A DNA stretch of 64,000 nucleotides from Candidatus Heimdallarchaeota archaeon (GCA_048881705.1 JBHLSH010000008.1:10728-74727), one strand, 5' to 3'; shown: positions 18,626 to 28,676, counted from the first letter of the stretch. Made by a program: numbers and translations. The notes: generated from the letters alone by a model not told the origin.

Positions 18626-20353
18626 TTAGTCCTTTTTTTTCGATTTCTGGCCGAAGAAAGCTTTTTTGCCCATGATGATGGCTAGTGCAATCATCACCAG
18701 CGGGAACTCAAAGCTCGGAGTGGTTTGTCCAGGTACTGGGTATCCTGCTTCGTCTAAGAGTTGTTTAGCTTTCTCAACGTCTTGTTCGTAGCTCACATTA
18801 CCCTGTTGAACTCCGTAGGCGTTGGGCGCCATCATGGTATCAATCATGGGGGATCCATAACCTGAATAAAGCGTTTCAACCATTTTTGTTTGATTGACGG
18901 CGTAGTTCAGTGCTTGTCTCACTTTTCTGTTTTTAAAGATCTCAAAATCGTGATTCAGACCAATATGCATCATACGAACTGAAGCTGCTTTGATCATGTA
19001 GACTTCGGGATCAGCCATTAATGTGTCAACAGCTGTTGTCGGGGCCTGATGGATGTAGTCTACATCGCCAGCTAATAATGCTGTAACCCGCGATGCGGAA
19101 TCGGTGATTTTCTTCATGATAACAGTCTGAAAAGCAGGTTTCTTACCCCAATAGTTTTCATTTCGTTGCAGTGTTATGTGATCGCCTTTCACCCATTCTA
19201 CAAATTTGTATGGACCTGTACCAGAGGGGTCAGTCTGAAAATCTTCAGCAGGTACAGTCTCATTAGCCTTATGCAGAGCATCGCATCGTGTTTTTGAAAC
19301 GATTTCTGATGGCTGATAGTTGAAGAAGGGCATAAGGGCAGCGAATCCGATTGTTTCAACCTTCACCTGATACTTGGAGAGAACCGTAATATTCTTTATT
19401 GGGCCTGAAGGAGGACCAAATGAGGTTGACGCCAAAGCGCCGCTGTTAGGAGAAGCTAAGCGATCCCAGAGGGTATATTTGACATCCTCCGCGGTAAGTT
19501 CACTGCCATCATGGAAATATACCCCTTGACGTATATTGATGGTCCAGTTCTCTGCGTTGCTGTCGGTCGACCAGGATTCTGCTAGGACAGGTACTACATC
19601 GCCCGTTTCCTGATCTAGTTTCACTAGCGTTTCACAAACAAGACGTACGATTCCAAGATTTGACATTCCAGAAGTATGTTGCGGATCAAACTTGACTGGC
19701 TCTGTTCCCAGGGATAACGTAAGAGTATTGTTTGACGTTTCTGAATAGGCATCAAATATATCAACCGATTCGTCGTGGTAGGTGGTGATACCTTTTACTG
19801 ATTTTGCTGCATGGAGATTAGGTTCGATTGCAAGAAATATCCAGGGAGCATCGGTCATAACGATGTCATTCATTTCTTCATAGAGTTGCATTAAGCTGAC
19901 TTCGTTGGCTTCCTTACGGGATTGAACGAAAAGGTCATCAAAGTGTGTATTATTGTAGAAGAGAGGCTCTAATCCTCGCTGGGAGATGAAATTCTTTAAC
20001 GCCCCATCGGCATTCATCCAAGGGTTTCCAAAACCGACAAACCATGCCTGATAATCTCCTACTAATTTTGTTCGATTCGATTCCCTCTGAGCCGCCGCAA
20101 AAGAAGCCCAATCATGGGATTCTATCTTCATATTGATGTCCACTTCGGCCAGGAATGACTGAACGGCTTCTATTATCTGTTGGTCCATAGCGTAGCGTCC
20201 TGCGCCGTAGAATAAAGTAAATTCGAATCTATAGTCCGCCGCTTTGACTGGCACTGTAGAAGCGTAGGGTACCAACAGCAAGAGCGCTAGGCCCCCTATT
20301 TTTAGGTACGAAAATCCTATTTTCCTTCTATTAAACGGCAATACCGTCTTCAC
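18626..20353 (-). CDS. dppA: Class 5 (Dpp/Opp) solute-binding protein, circularly permuted, with signal peptide and C-terminal anchor
   Basis: EPVKFDP, ETLV, LAESW, IRQGVYFHDG..TAEDV, GTGPYKF, RKVRQAL, EKAKQLLDEAGYP. The normally C-terminal third lies at the N-terminus. Eight N-x-S/T sequons. Confidence 0.9.
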   Translation of the reverse strand: MKTVLPFNRRKIGFSYLKIGGLALLLLVPYASTVPVKAADYRFEFTLFYGAGRYAMDQQIIEAVQSFLAEVDINMKIESHDWASFAAAQRESNRTKLVGDYQAWFVGFGNPWMNADGALKNFISQRGLEPLFYNNTHFDDLFVQSRKEANEVSLMQLYEEMNDIVMTDAPWIFLAIEPNLHAAKSVKGITTYHDESVDIFDAYSETSNNTLTLSLGTEPVKFDPQHTSGMSNLGIVRLVCETLVKLDQETGDVVPVLAESWSTDSNAENWTINIRQGVYFHDGSELTAEDVKYTLWDRLASPNSGALASTSFGPPSGPIKNITVLSKYQVKVETIGFAALMPFFNYQPSEIVSKTRCDALHKANETVPAEDFQTDPSGTGPYKFVEWVKGDHITLQRNENYWGKKPAFQTVIMKKITDSASRVTALLAGDVDYIHQAPTTAVDTLMADPEVYMIKAASVRMMHIGLNHDFEIFKNRKVRQALNYAVNQTKMVETLYSGYGSPMIDTMMAPNAYGVQQGNVSYEQDVEKAKQLLDEAGYPVPGQTTPSFEFPLVMIALAIIMGKKAFFGQKSKKKD

Positions 20354-20607
20354 CTCGTCATTTTACTTTGATTCTGCACGAAATATCTATTACAGGTATT
20401 AGACGACCTATGTAGTTCCAATATTTAGGCCGTTTAGACCTGTATAAGTTAACAAATATTTTCGACAGATCGCCACTTCCTAATACTATCCACATAATAA
20501 ACTTTCTGTCTGTTAAACCGATACTTATATACACTTAATAAAAAATAAAAAATGGCAGTCATTATTAAGAAATCTCTAAAATTAGGATCCATAATGGAGG
20601 ATAAAAA

Positions 20608-21660
20608 TTGATCACTCGTGAAGAATACCTCAAGATACCGCTTAAAGAGCGATTCATAAAGCTGGATAAGGTGGAAGAAGAACGTGCGGAAGAATTGCAT
20701 AGAAAAATAATAACTATTGATTTACACAGCCACATTTTATGGGGAAATTATTTTATTCTGCCCCGTATTATGAATTCTGGCGTTTCAGGCTTTGTTGAAG
20801 CAGTTCCGGGAGTTTTTGGAGATTTTGATGTAGCAATGGCCTATCTAGGTCAGTTTCTTTTCCGCGTGAACAAACATAAGGAATTTACGCCCGTATATCA
20901 AGCTCAGGACTTTAGGAAGGCCAAGAAGGATAAAAAGATTGGAGTAATGTTCCAACTAGAACCCCAGCCGTTTGGAAGGAATCTAGACAATGTTGATATA
21001 GCCTATGGTCATGGTATCCGGATGGCCCTTCTGACGTTCAATAGCCGCAATTATGTAGGCGATGGTTGTGGTGAAAGGACGGATGAAGGACTAAGTTACT
21101 TCGGTTTAGACCTAGTGGAGCGAATGAACAATGTTGGGATGATGATTGACTTATCCCATGTGGGTGTCAAGACGACGTTAGATACGATTGAAAATTCCAA
21201 AGATCCTGTAATGTGTAACCATGTAGGGGCACGATCTTTGTATCCGCAATGCAAGCGAATTAAAACAGACGAGGAACTCAAAGCTCTTGCTGAAAAAGAC
21301 GGAGTAGCTGGTGTTTCCGCCATTCCCAATCAGTTAAGCGGCGATAAGGAGCAAGGGATAGAGAATCTCCTTGATCACGTCGATTACATGGTTAACCTTA
21401 TAGGTATTAATCACGTAGCAATAGGATTAGATAACGTTTTTGGTGATCAAGTCGAATCCCATCGCAGATCAGCCCAAACGGTTTTCAAAATTTCGTACAT
21501 TGGCCAGGAACTAAATGCACCCTTCATGTGGGGAATAGAGAGTCCTGAGGAGTGGCCTAATATCACACGAGGACTTGTCCAGAGAGGTTATTCGGACGAA
21601 GAAATCGAAAAGATACTAGGTGAGAATTCCCTAAAGCTCATGGAGAGGGTCATTGGATAA
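20608..21660 (+). CDS. Membrane dipeptidase family (M19) amidohydrolase, copy 1 (type A)
   Basis: DLHSH, QLEP, LTFNSRN..GDGCGER, IDLSHVG, NHVG, GLDN, RGYSDEEIEKILGEN; TTG start after GGAGG. Confidence 0.9.
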   Translation: MITREEYLKIPLKERFIKLDKVEEERAEELHRKIITIDLHSHILWGNYFILPRIMNSGVSGFVEAVPGVFGDFDVAMAYLGQFLFRVNKHKEFTPVYQAQDFRKAKKDKKIGVMFQLEPQPFGRNLDNVDIAYGHGIRMALLTFNSRNYVGDGCGERTDEGLSYFGLDLVERMNNVGMMIDLSHVGVKTTLDTIENSKDPVMCNHVGARSLYPQCKRIKTDEELKALAEKDGVAGVSAIPNQLSGDKEQGIENLLDHVDYMVNLIGINHVAIGLDNVFGDQVESHRRSAQTVFKISYIGQELNAPFMWGIESPEEWPNITRGLVQRGYSDEEIEKILGENSLKLMERVIG

Positions 21661-21757
21661 AAAGATGAGGTACCGTATCCGATATTGGCTTTGACTGTAG
21701 AAAACCTGAAAAAAAGCTGAAAATTGACCAACCGGAATCTGGAAGAAGGTTTAAAAC

Positions 21758-22819
21758 ATGATTTCACGAGAAGAATACCTGAAGCTTCCTCTTGAAGAAC
21801 GTTACATCAAATTGGATGCTTCTGAGAAGGAAAGAGCCGAGGAGCTCTTTGAAAAATCGATCACAGTGGACTTACATACCCATATCTTTGGCAGTGTATT
21901 TTTTGAATATGAATACGAACAGGTACGGCAAATGGGAGTTGATGGACTGTTTGAGGCGGTACCTTGCCTCTCAGAGGACTTTTTAGAATCCATGAAAATC
22001 CTTGGAAGGTACAAAAGCATCACAATGAAGGAACCTGGACTGATTCCAGCCTACACCGCTGCTGATGTGGAAAAAGCGAAAAAAGAAGGAAAACAGGCAG
22101 TTTTATTCCAGCTAGAGCCCCATACATTCAAAAGGAACCCAGATTTAGTTGAAGTGGCCTATGGATTGGGCATTAGAATGGCGCTTCTCACCTTCAACTC
22201 AAGGAATTACCAGGGAGACGGATGTTCGGAAAGAACAAACGGGGGGCTTAGCTATCTCGGCATGGACCTGATAGAGAGAATGAATAAAATAGGAATGATG
22301 GTAGATCTCTCTCATGTGGGGATTCAAACAACATTGGATGCAATAGAGCATTCAAAAGATCCAGTTCTCTTAAATCATACAGGTGCCCGGGTTTTAAATC
22401 CACCAGTTCTTCGACTAAAACCTGATGAGCCCTTGAAAGCGGTGGCAGAAAAAGGTGGGCTTATAGGTATCTCTGCCATTCCTAATCAACTTTCCAGTCA
22501 GAAAAAGCAAGGTATTGATGATTTACTCAACCACCTAGACTACTGCATCAAATTGGTTGGAATTAATCATGTGGCAATAGGCCTTGATAATGTCTTTAGA
22601 GACCAAGTAGCCGGACACAAGAAACAACAAGCGAAAAACATGGTAAACTTCGCTCGATCAGGAATTGTCCTTGCGGCCGATTACATGTGGGGGATAGAAT
22701 CTCCAGGTGAATGGCCCAATATTGTTCGTGGATTGGTAAAGAGAGGCTACTCAGACTCCGAAATCAAGAAAATCATTGGTGAAAACGCCCTAAGGGTCAT
22801 GAGAAAAATCATAGGGTGA
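21758..22819 (+). CDS. M19 amidohydrolase, copy 2 (type B)
   Basis: DLHTH, QLEP, GDGCSER, VDLSHVG, NHTG, GLDN. Confidence 0.9.
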   Translation: MISREEYLKLPLEERYIKLDASEKERAEELFEKSITVDLHTHIFGSVFFEYEYEQVRQMGVDGLFEAVPCLSEDFLESMKILGRYKSITMKEPGLIPAYTAADVEKAKKEGKQAVLFQLEPHTFKRNPDLVEVAYGLGIRMALLTFNSRNYQGDGCSERTNGGLSYLGMDLIERMNKIGMMVDLSHVGIQTTLDAIEHSKDPVLLNHTGARVLNPPVLRLKPDEPLKAVAEKGGLIGISAIPNQLSSQKKQGIDDLLNHLDYCIKLVGINHVAIGLDNVFRDQVAGHKKQQAKNMVNFARSGIVLAADYMWGIESPGEWPNIVRGLVKRGYSDSEIKKIIGENALRVMRKIIG

Positions 22820-22863
22820 TAAAGGGCAGTAATGAATACTTGGGAAGGTTAAGAGGCGTTGAG

Positions 22864-23916
22864 ATGATTCCACTCCAAGAATATCTGAATCGTCCCCTGA
22901 AAGAGCGCTTTATCAAATTGGATAAAGCTGAGGAAGAACGTGCAGAGGAACTCTATGAACAGTTTATTACGATAGAGCTTCACAGTCACATCCTTCCCGA
23001 TGAGGATTTTATTGTTCCTCGGATTAAAAATTCAGGGGTAAATGGCTTTTTCGAAGCCATTGCTGCCATAAACGAGAATTTTCACGATTCAATGGTTACT
23101 CTTGGATATCTGCTCAAGCGTGTCATCAAACATCCAGATTTTATACCTGCATTCGGAGCTGGAGACTTCAGAAAAGCAAAGAATGAGGGGAAACAGGCTA
23201 TTATGTTCCAACTGGAACCTCAAACTTTCGGAACAGATCTGGGTCGGGTAGACATCGCCTATGGTTTGGGAATAAGGATGGCCCTTCTTTCATTCAATAC
23301 CCGTACGTACGCGGGTGATGGTTGCGGAGAGAGAACCAACGAAGGGCTAAGTTATTTTGGATTAGACCTAGTGGAACGAATGAACAAAGTTGGGATGATG
23401 ATAGATCTTTCTCATGTAGGGATTCAAACCACCTTGGACGTTGTCGAGGCATCCAGACATCCTGTTTTGGCTAATCATGTGGGAGCACGTGAATTATATA
23501 AACAAAGTAAACGGTTGAAGACAGATGAGGAACTTAAAGCGATTGCAGAGAAGGGGGGTTTGGTTGGAGTTTCTGCAATACCCAATCAGCTAAGCGGAAA
23601 AGAAGAACAAAGTATCCATGACTTACTGGATCACGTGGACTACATTGCTGACTTGATTGGGGTAGAGCATGTAGGAATTGGACTTGACAATGTCTTTGAA
23701 GATCAAGTGGAATATCACCGCAGGGCAGCAAAATCGATTTTCAAATTGGAACATACGGGACAGGAACTTAATGCTCCTTATATGTGGGGGATTGAAAGCC
23801 CTGAGGAGTGGCCTAACATCGTTCGTGGACTGGTTCAGAGAGGATATTCCGATTCGGAAATCGAGAGGATTTCGGGACTTAATTCACTAAAACTTATCGA
23901 AAGGATTATTGGCTAA
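22864..23916 (+). CDS. M19 amidohydrolase, copy 3 (type A)
   Basis: ELHSH and the same motifs. ATG at 22864 gives 350 aa, equal to the other type A copies (track start 22816). Confidence 0.9.
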   Translation: MIPLQEYLNRPLKERFIKLDKAEEERAEELYEQFITIELHSHILPDEDFIVPRIKNSGVNGFFEAIAAINENFHDSMVTLGYLLKRVIKHPDFIPAFGAGDFRKAKNEGKQAIMFQLEPQTFGTDLGRVDIAYGLGIRMALLSFNTRTYAGDGCGERTNEGLSYFGLDLVERMNKVGMMIDLSHVGIQTTLDVVEASRHPVLANHVGARELYKQSKRLKTDEELKAIAEKGGLVGVSAIPNQLSGKEEQSIHDLLDHVDYIADLIGVEHVGIGLDNVFEDQVEYHRRAAKSIFKLEHTGQELNAPYMWGIESPEEWPNIVRGLVQRGYSDSEIERISGLNSLKLIERIIG

Positions 23917-24012
23917 TAAAAAGTATTATTTTGATTAGCAGGGAATCTTGCCATAAGGAATTGAAAGTTAAAATTTGATAGGAATATAAAAACAAACTAG
24001 GAGGTAAAAAAC

Positions 24013-25083
24013 GTGTTATCTTACGAAGAATATCTGAAGCTTCCTCTTGAAGAACGTTACATCAAACTGGATGCTTCTGAGAAAGATAGAGCTGAGAAGC
24101 TCTTTGAAGAATCGATCGCCGTGGACTTGCACACCCATATCTTTGGAAGCGTTCACTTCGAGTGGGATAACCACCTATACGAACGGGTTCGCAATTCTGG
24201 CATTAATGTTTGCTTCGAAGCAGTACCTTGTCTATCAGAGCGTTTTTCAGAATCGGTGGAGCAATTGGGCAGGTATCTAGCAATTACAGTGAAAGAACCA
24301 GGTTTAACTCCAGCGTACAATTTGAACGATGTGAAAAAAGCAAAAAAAGAAGGAAAACAGGCGGTAATGTTTCAAATGGAACCACAATCATTTAGGAGGA
24401 ACTTGGATCTAGTAGATGTAGCGTACGGTCTGGGATTTCGGATGGCACTCTTGACATTTAATACACGAAATTATATCGGAGATGGATGTTCTGAAAGAAC
24501 AAATTCCGGGTTGAGCTATATGGGATTGGAACTTGTTGACAGACTTAACAGGGCGGGAATGATGATAACATTATCCCACTGTGGTACTCAGACTGCTCTG
24601 GATGCAATTGAACATTCAAAAGATCCTTGTCTCTTCAACCATACAGGTGCACGAGCATTAAATCCAAAAGTTGGGCGCTTACGCACAGATGAGGAGTTGA
24701 AAGCTATTGCAGAAAAGGGAGGAGTTGTTGGAATATCTGCTATTCCAAACCAGCTTTCATTGGAGAAGAAACAGGGCATCGAGGATCATTTGAACCATAT
24801 AGACTATATTGTAAACCTCATCGGAATAAATCACGTTGGTATTGGCTTGGATAATACTTTCCATGATCAGGTTGGATTTCATCGGAAGTTGGCTGCTAGT
24901 AAAGAAATCAATCTTGAACGGACTGGAATCGTACTTGCCGCTGATTACATGTGGGGTTTGGAAAGCCCTGAAGAATGGCCGAATATTATTCGTGGTTTGG
25001 TCAAGAGAGGGTACTCTGACACCGAGATTGAAAAAATAATCGGTGGAAATGCCCTTAGGATCATTGAGAAGGTCATTGGATAG
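24013..25083 (+). CDS. M19 amidohydrolase, copy 4 (type B)
   Basis: DLHTH, QMEP, LSHCG, NHTG, GLDN; GTG start after GGAGGT. Confidence 0.9.
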   Translation: MLSYEEYLKLPLEERYIKLDASEKDRAEKLFEESIAVDLHTHIFGSVHFEWDNHLYERVRNSGINVCFEAVPCLSERFSESVEQLGRYLAITVKEPGLTPAYNLNDVKKAKKEGKQAVMFQMEPQSFRRNLDLVDVAYGLGFRMALLTFNTRNYIGDGCSERTNSGLSYMGLELVDRLNRAGMMITLSHCGTQTALDAIEHSKDPCLFNHTGARALNPKVGRLRTDEELKAIAEKGGVVGISAIPNQLSLEKKQGIEDHLNHIDYIVNLIGINHVGIGLDNTFHDQVGFHRKLAASKEINLERTGIVLAADYMWGLESPEEWPNIIRGLVKRGYSDTEIEKIIGGNALRIIEKVIG

Positions 25084-25119
25084 AGAAAACGAGAAGCTTG
25101 TCTACAAGGAGAATTCAGG

Positions 25120-26172
25120 ATGATAACGCGTGATGAATATCTAAAAATTCCCCTAGAAGAACGATTTATAAAACTGGACAAGGTACAAGAGGAACGAGTC
25201 GAACAAATCTACGAGAGGTACATATTTATTGAAATGCACTCACACATTCTCAATGATGAATACTTCATTGTTCCTCGAATAAAGAACTCCCGAATAAACG
25301 GGTTTGTCGAGGCGGTTGCGGCGATACACGAGGAGTTCAACACATCAATGGATAGACTCGGTTATTTTCTTAATCGGGTTCTCCATCATCCTGAATTTAC
25401 CCCTGCATTTCAGGTTAAGGATTTTAGAAAAGCCAGGGATGAAAATAAGCAAGCAGTGATGTTTCAGCTGGAACCTCAAACCTTCGGAAAGGATTTAGAA
25501 AACGTGGACATTGCTTTTGGGCAGGGAATCAGGATGGCGCTTCTGGCTTTCAATACTAGAACATATGCCGGAGACGGTTGTGGAGAAAGAACTAATGCCG
25601 GTTTGAGTTACTTTGGCCTGGATCTCGTTGAGAGAATGAACAAAGTTGGCATGCTGATAGATCTCTCTCATGTTGGTATTCAGACAACTTTGGATACCAT
25701 TGAACATTCTAAGGATCCAGTTTTGTGCAATCATGTAGGCGCACGAGCTTTATATCAGCAGTGTAAGCGATTAAAGACAGATGAAGAACTAAAAGCCTTG
25801 GCTGAAAAGGGAGGCCTAGCCGGCGTTTCAGCCATTCCTAATCAGCTTAGTGGAGAGCCCGAACAAGGTATTGATACTCTATTGGATCATTTGGAATATA
25901 TGGTTGATCTGATTGGGATAAACCATGTTGGTATCGGTTTAGATAATACATTTGGAGATCAAGTTGCAGGACATAGGAAATTCGACAAAACACTGTTTAA
26001 GCTTGATTATGTGGGTCAGGAGCTCAATGCACCTTTCATGCATGGCATTGAAAGCCCAGAGGAATGGCCCAATATAACGCGGGGACTAGTATTCAGAGGA
26101 TATTCGGATCAAGAGATAGAGAAGGTGGTCGGAAAAAACGCTCTCAACCTCATGGGAAGAGTAATTGGATAG
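25120..26172 (+). CDS. M19 amidohydrolase, copy 5 (type A)
   Basis: EMHSH, QLEP, IDLSHVG, NHVG, GLDN. Confidence 0.9.
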   Translation: MITRDEYLKIPLEERFIKLDKVQEERVEQIYERYIFIEMHSHILNDEYFIVPRIKNSRINGFVEAVAAIHEEFNTSMDRLGYFLNRVLHHPEFTPAFQVKDFRKARDENKQAVMFQLEPQTFGKDLENVDIAFGQGIRMALLAFNTRTYAGDGCGERTNAGLSYFGLDLVERMNKVGMLIDLSHVGIQTTLDTIEHSKDPVLCNHVGARALYQQCKRLKTDEELKALAEKGGLAGVSAIPNQLSGEPEQGIDTLLDHLEYMVDLIGINHVGIGLDNTFGDQVAGHRKFDKTLFKLDYVGQELNAPFMHGIESPEEWPNITRGLVFRGYSDQEIEKVVGKNALNLMGRVIG

Positions 26173-26225
26173 TCAAAATAGCACGGATATATCCATACCT
26201 GGCTAGTTTGAGGAATAAAAATACA

Positions 26226-27449
26226 ATGGAACGTGATCTTGTACTCATTCTGATTGCGGGTTTTGCCTACAGTACCATGCTTGGGCTCCTAAATCCAACA
26301 GTTCCCTTGTCCGCAAGTGCGCTGGGGGCCTCAACGGCTTTATTGGGAATCCTCCTTAGTTCTAGAGCAATTGTACAAACCGGGTTACGCGTCCCTCTTG
26401 GGCAGGGTGCTGATAGATACGGTTGGAGACGAATATTTTTGGTCGCATTCGTTCTTGGTGTCGCTTCAGGGGGTACTTTCTTCTTTGGTGTTGTGAGAGA
26501 GGACGTCTTTCTGTTTTTTCCGGCTTTAATGCTATGGGGAATGACAAATGCCTCATTCAGAACCACTGAACAAGGTTACATATCAGGCATTGGAGGAATG
26601 GGGGTAAATCGGACCCAGCTGATCGGGCGATATCTTGCCATTACTGGAGTCGGCCAGCTAGTAGGTCCTCCGCTCGCAGGTTTTCTGATAGAGGGTTGGG
26701 ATTTTGGAGTAGTTTATTTGATGTTCACGTTATTGGCTCTTATAGGCCTTTTATCAATGTTTTTTCTTTCCGAGGGAGATTTAATAGCAGATGAGAACAA
26801 AGAAATTCAGGAAGGAGTGAATGAGGATTTAGGACTCTTCAGGAGCTATTCGCGTGCCTTTCAATTAATCCGATCTGATAGAACCCTAGCAATTGCCACT
26901 TCTTGCGGTTTCTTTATGACCTTAAGCTTCGGGGTAGGGCTTTCTTTCCATCCAATCTTTTTGCGGGATTTGGGACTTGCATCTTTCGAGATTGGGCTTC
27001 TCCTGGCCGCTAGAGACATCAGTTCAATTATTAGTCGCCTATTTGCAGGTAACTTCTCATTGAGACTAGGGAACCTGTTTACGGTCTTTTTAGGGATTTT
27101 TTGCGTGGGTATTGGAATAACGATGATTCCCTCGCTAAAAGATCCTCTACTGGCAATAATCCCTTTATGTGCAACAGGATTTGGATTTGGTATCTTTTGG
27201 CCAGCCGTCGTCTCCCTAATAGCTGCTAACACGGAAAAAGCTAAACGAGGTTTGGCTATCGGCGTTCTAGGGACAGGTTTTACAACAGGTTTTTCAGTGG
27301 GGTCGATTATCTTTGGGATTATTGCTGATATATTTTCAAATCTAGATTATGCATTCACGTATGGCGGAATATGTACATTAATAGGATTTACGTTAATTAT
27401 AGTCTATTTTTATTTCAAAAGAGATCTATATTCCCAAATTAATCTTTAG
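26226..27449 (+). CDS. MFS transporter
   Basis: About 12 TM segments, motif A GQGADRYGWRR, QLVGPPLAG, RGLAIG. ATG at 26226 (track start 26064 overlaps the upstream gene). Confidence 0.9.
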   Translation: MERDLVLILIAGFAYSTMLGLLNPTVPLSASALGASTALLGILLSSRAIVQTGLRVPLGQGADRYGWRRIFLVAFVLGVASGGTFFFGVVREDVFLFFPALMLWGMTNASFRTTEQGYISGIGGMGVNRTQLIGRYLAITGVGQLVGPPLAGFLIEGWDFGVVYLMFTLLALIGLLSMFFLSEGDLIADENKEIQEGVNEDLGLFRSYSRAFQLIRSDRTLAIATSCGFFMTLSFGVGLSFHPIFLRDLGLASFEIGLLLAARDISSIISRLFAGNFSLRLGNLFTVFLGIFCVGIGITMIPSLKDPLLAIIPLCATGFGFGIFWPAVVSLIAANTEKAKRGLAIGVLGTGFTTGFSVGSIIFGIIADIFSNLDYAFTYGGICTLIGFTLIIVYFYFKRDLYSQINL

Positions 27450-27471
27450 AGCGAACGATTTAGGTGATCGT

Positions 27472-28128
27472 ATGTCCAAATTATCGTATTCAAATCCCCC
27501 GAGAGAGGGGGCCCCCTGGCGTGTTGGAATTTTGATTTTTGATGAAGTTGAAGTTTTGGACTTTTGCGGACCATTTGAGGTCTTTGCTACAACTAGGTTT
27601 TTAGACGTGAATGGTGAAAGAACGGATAAGATTGCCTTTAGTGTTAAATTGATTTCACAAACTGATAGTGTGGTAGAATGTCGTGGAGGGCTTAAAGTAA
27701 TACCTGATTTCGGCTTTGCAAATTCGCCAGATTTCGATATCTTGGTGGTTCCAGGAGGTTGGGGAACCCGTAAAGAGGTTGATAATCCAATCTTGGTTAA
27801 ATGGTTAAAATTTCAGTCTGAGAAGGCTCAATTAATGACATCTGTATGTACAGGAAGCTTTCTTCTGGCAAAAACGGGGATATTAGATGGCTTTGAAGTT
27901 ACCACACACTGGGCGAGTCTTGAAAGACTACAAAGGGCTTTTCCTAAGGTGAAAACTATCGCAAATAAGCGGTTTGTTATCACAGGAAATGGAAAAATTG
28001 TTTCTTCTGCTGGAATTTCATCTGGCATTGATATGGCGCTGTACCTAGTCAGTAAACTGGTTGGACAGGAGATTGCGTTAAATACTGCCAATAATATGGA
28101 ATATCGTGGGAATTTCCTGGATTTATGA
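27472..28128 (+). CDS. DJ-1/PfpI family protein
   Basis: FDEVEVLDFCGPFEVF, DILVVPGG, SVCTGS (nucleophile Cys), HW, SSAGISSGID. Confidence 0.9.
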   Translation: MSKLSYSNPPREGAPWRVGILIFDEVEVLDFCGPFEVFATTRFLDVNGERTDKIAFSVKLISQTDSVVECRGGLKVIPDFGFANSPDFDILVVPGGWGTRKEVDNPILVKWLKFQSEKAQLMTSVCTGSFLLAKTGILDGFEVTTHWASLERLQRAFPKVKTIANKRFVITGNGKIVSSAGISSGIDMALYLVSKLVGQEIALNTANNMEYRGNFLDL

Positions 28129-28307
28129 TCAACCTCCCATTTAGGCCTTTATGCCGACCCGAGGTACATCAAATACTGATTTCGAGTTACCATTGAAGGC
28201 CTTATTTGTTGTTTAGCAGCCTATTCGCATTTAATGCTCCATTTATTAATCCAAATTGAGATTTTGGTGACAAGAAAGAAATTCTCGATTGTGCAGGCAT
28301 CCTGCCA

Positions 28308-28676
28308 TCAATACAGGATATGGCTGATTTTTTGGATTAGTTGGTTGAGCTCTAGGAGGAGAGCTTCATCCTGATCGCCCTGAGCTGCGATCTTATCCCA
28401 TGTTTCTCGAGTTAATCCATAGCCCTGTAGGCGATCGTCCAAAATGAGACTCCAGCGATAAACTCCTTCTTGGTACGATCCTGCTCTACTGAGAACAATA
28501 TGATATTCTAAAGCTAGCTGAAGATACACTTTTTGCTCTGTTGGCGTAAGAGAGGATTCTTGGATGGAATCAGGAAAGATATGCTCCAAAGGAAGTTGCG
28601 AACTGATCTTCATGGATGGAGTCTGTGCCTTTGTGGATTTCTTTAGTGCTTCTAAAAGTTGCTCAAGTTCTTGCAT
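28308..28676 (-). CDS. Hypothetical protein
   Basis: 122-aa ORF, no competing frame, no recognised motif. Confidence 0.5.
   Translation of the reverse strand: MQELEQLLEALKKSTKAQTPSMKISSQLPLEHIFPDSIQESSLTPTEQKVYLQLALEYHIVLSRAGSYQEGVYRWSLILDDRLQGYGLTRETWDKIAAQGDQDEALLLELNQLIQKISHILY

Noticed and set aside
20608-26172. Recurring similar DNA blocks that could suggest a CRISPR array or repeat element
   Set aside because: They are paralogous coding sequences with third-position divergence; there are no fixed-length repeats with unique spacers.
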